15,375 nt of DNA from an uncultured Actinomycetes bacterium (GTDB lineage: Bacteria > Actinomycetota > UBA4738 > HRBIN12), in contig CAVPIB010000009.1 in assembly GCA_963704885.1 (NCBI GenBank), forward strand, positions 1-15,375, written 5' to 3'. Shown here one piece after another: positions 14,307 to 15,375 of the stretch. The translations under genes and the position numbers were made by a program. The notes under the pieces are model-generated. The model was not told the origin of the DNA and made no database searches. It was given only the letters and a program-made list of their open reading frames with translations. How positions within the stretch are numbered: the first letter of the stretch is position 1; every line of letters begins with the position of its first letter.

Positions 14307-15317
14307 TCATGAGTCCTCGGCGAATACGTGGCGCAGGGCCGTGGCAGGATCGGGGTCCGCCGCCTCCCACGCGGCGGCGATATCCGCGTCGATGCCGCTC
14401 TTGATCTCCGCGCGCAACTCGTCCTGCCCCGGCTGGTCCAACACGCCGTGTTCGGCCAGGTAGGCGCCGAACCGGACGATCGGATCATGGTGACGAGCCT
14501 CCTCGACCTCCTCGCGACTCCGGTAGCTCCGATCGTCGTCGTCGCTCGTATGCGGCTGGAAGCGGTAGGTCTTGCACTCGATCAGGGTTGGGCCTTCACC
14601 CGAGCGGGCGCGCTCGTGAGCCTGCTTCATCGCGGCGTAGCACGCGAGCACGTCGTTCCCGTCCACCACGACGCCGGGGAACCCGTAGCCCTGGGCTCGT
14701 TCGGCCACGTCCTTGATGGCCATCTGCTTCGACTGCGGGACGCTGATCGCGTAGTGGTTGTTCTCGCAGACGAAGATCACCGGTAGCTTGTGGACGCCCG
14801 CGAAGTTCAACCCCTCATGCCAATCGCCTTCGCTGGTGGCTCCATCCCCGAACCAGCAGCCCACCACCGTGTCCTCGTTCCGGTACTTCACGGCGTAGGC
14901 GACGCCGGCCGCGTGCGGCACCTGCGTAGCGATAGGGGATGAGCCACTGATGATCCCTAGGCGTCGAGAGCCCCAGTGCGCCGGCATCTGGCGGCCGCCG
15001 GACGATGGGTCGTCGGCCTTGGAGAAGATCCCGAGGAAGACCTCGTAGGGGGTCATGCCTGCCACCAGAACAACCGCCAGATCGCGGTAGTAGGGGAGCC
15101 AGATGTCGGTTCCGCGACGCATCGGCCAGGCCGTTCCGATCTGGCATCCCTCGTGTCCCGATACCGGTACCACGAACGGTGCCCGACCCATGCGGTTCTG
15201 ACGGAAAGCTGCTTCGTCGAGCAGGCGGGCGGCGACGGCCGTGCGATACATGGCGAGGACGTCTTGAGTGGAGAGCCCGAGAGCCTCGTGTGGGGTCTGC
15301 GTCACCCGCGTCGACAC
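14307..15317 (-). CDS. 2-oxoacid dehydrogenase E1 alpha subunit (Bacillus BkdAA-like)
   Basis: PYYRD, DPSSGGRQMPAHW, SSPIATQVPHA, TPP motif GDGATSEGD...ENNHYAIS, YRFQPHTSDDDD; GTG 15317 follows AGGAGG at 6 nt. Confidence 0.93.
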   Translation of the reverse strand: MSTRVTQTPHEALGLSTQDVLAMYRTAVAARLLDEAAFRQNRMGRAPFVVPVSGHEGCQIGTAWPMRRGTDIWLPYYRDLAVVLVAGMTPYEVFLGIFSKADDPSSGGRQMPAHWGSRRLGIISGSSPIATQVPHAAGVAYAVKYRNEDTVVGCWFGDGATSEGDWHEGLNFAGVHKLPVIFVCENNHYAISVPQSKQMAIKDVAERAQGYGFPGVVVDGNDVLACYAAMKQAHERARSGEGPTLIECKTYRFQPHTSDDDDRSYRSREEVEEARHHDPIVRFGAYLAEHGVLDQPGQDELRAEIKSGIDADIAAAWEAADPDPATALRHVFAEDS

Positions 15318-15343
15318 GTCGAGCCTCCTCGCACCGTGCGTCG

Positions 15344-15352
15344 AGTCTAGCA
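15344..15352 (-). promoter_or_regulatory. putative extended -10 promoter of the E1 alpha/beta operon (TGcTAGACT)
   Basis: TGn-TANNNT upstream of the AGGAGG SD; same TAGACT hexamer precedes glbO and lipA. Confidence 0.55.
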
Positions 15353-15375
15353 TCGGCCTCCACCGCGAAGAGCTC

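Noticed and set aside
14294-14488. N-terminal extension of E1 beta overlapping E1 alpha
   Set aside because: Homology begins at TEKNVV; extension is an alternate frame of the alpha gene
8769-14786. Long + strand ORFs (8769..9689, 10457..11347, 11975..13216, 13340..14404 and others)
   Set aside because: Antisense shadows of high-GC genes with no recognisable motifs
1-15375. CRISPR array, tRNA, IS/prophage or defence island
   Set aside because: No spaced direct repeats, cloverleaf, transposase/integrase motifs or obvious compositional shift seen; repetition is limited to PAS domains and hairpins

Overview
High-GC window that looks like core chromosome of an Actinomycetota bacterium, probably a deep-branching lineage (inferred from gene content, TANNNT promoters and many apparently leaderless genes). 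In order: two small hypothetical genes, a stand-alone cyclic-nucleotide-binding protein, a Rieske ferredoxin, SixA phosphatase, cold-shock protein, hemolysin-III/TrhA membrane protein, GNAT acetyltransferase, group II truncated hemoglobin, SURF1 protein, an SDR oxidoreductase, an orphan Flp pilin, a DUF5684-like membrane protein, a C4 zinc-ribbon coiled-coil protein, RNase HI, RNase P RNA (rnpB), lipoyl synthase (lipA), a 1179-aa 5xPAS+GAF histidine kinase, and E1 beta/alpha subunits of a Bacillus-Bkd-like 2-oxoacid dehydrogenase. I see no mobile element, CRISPR array, tRNA/rRNA or defence system, and I cannot claim a clear-cut new system. The best leads are regulatory: (i) matching sigma28/WhiG-like promoters before both the orphan pilin and the orphan kinase, (ii) an RNase HI whose catalytic N-terminus can only be reached from a non-canonical (CTG) start, (iii) a cNMP-binder/microprotein pair sharing a bidirectional -10 with a Rieske gene, (iv) an atypical P18 region in rnpB, and (v) a probable internally deleted membrane-protein gene. 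All calls were made by eye; no database searches or folding programs were run.
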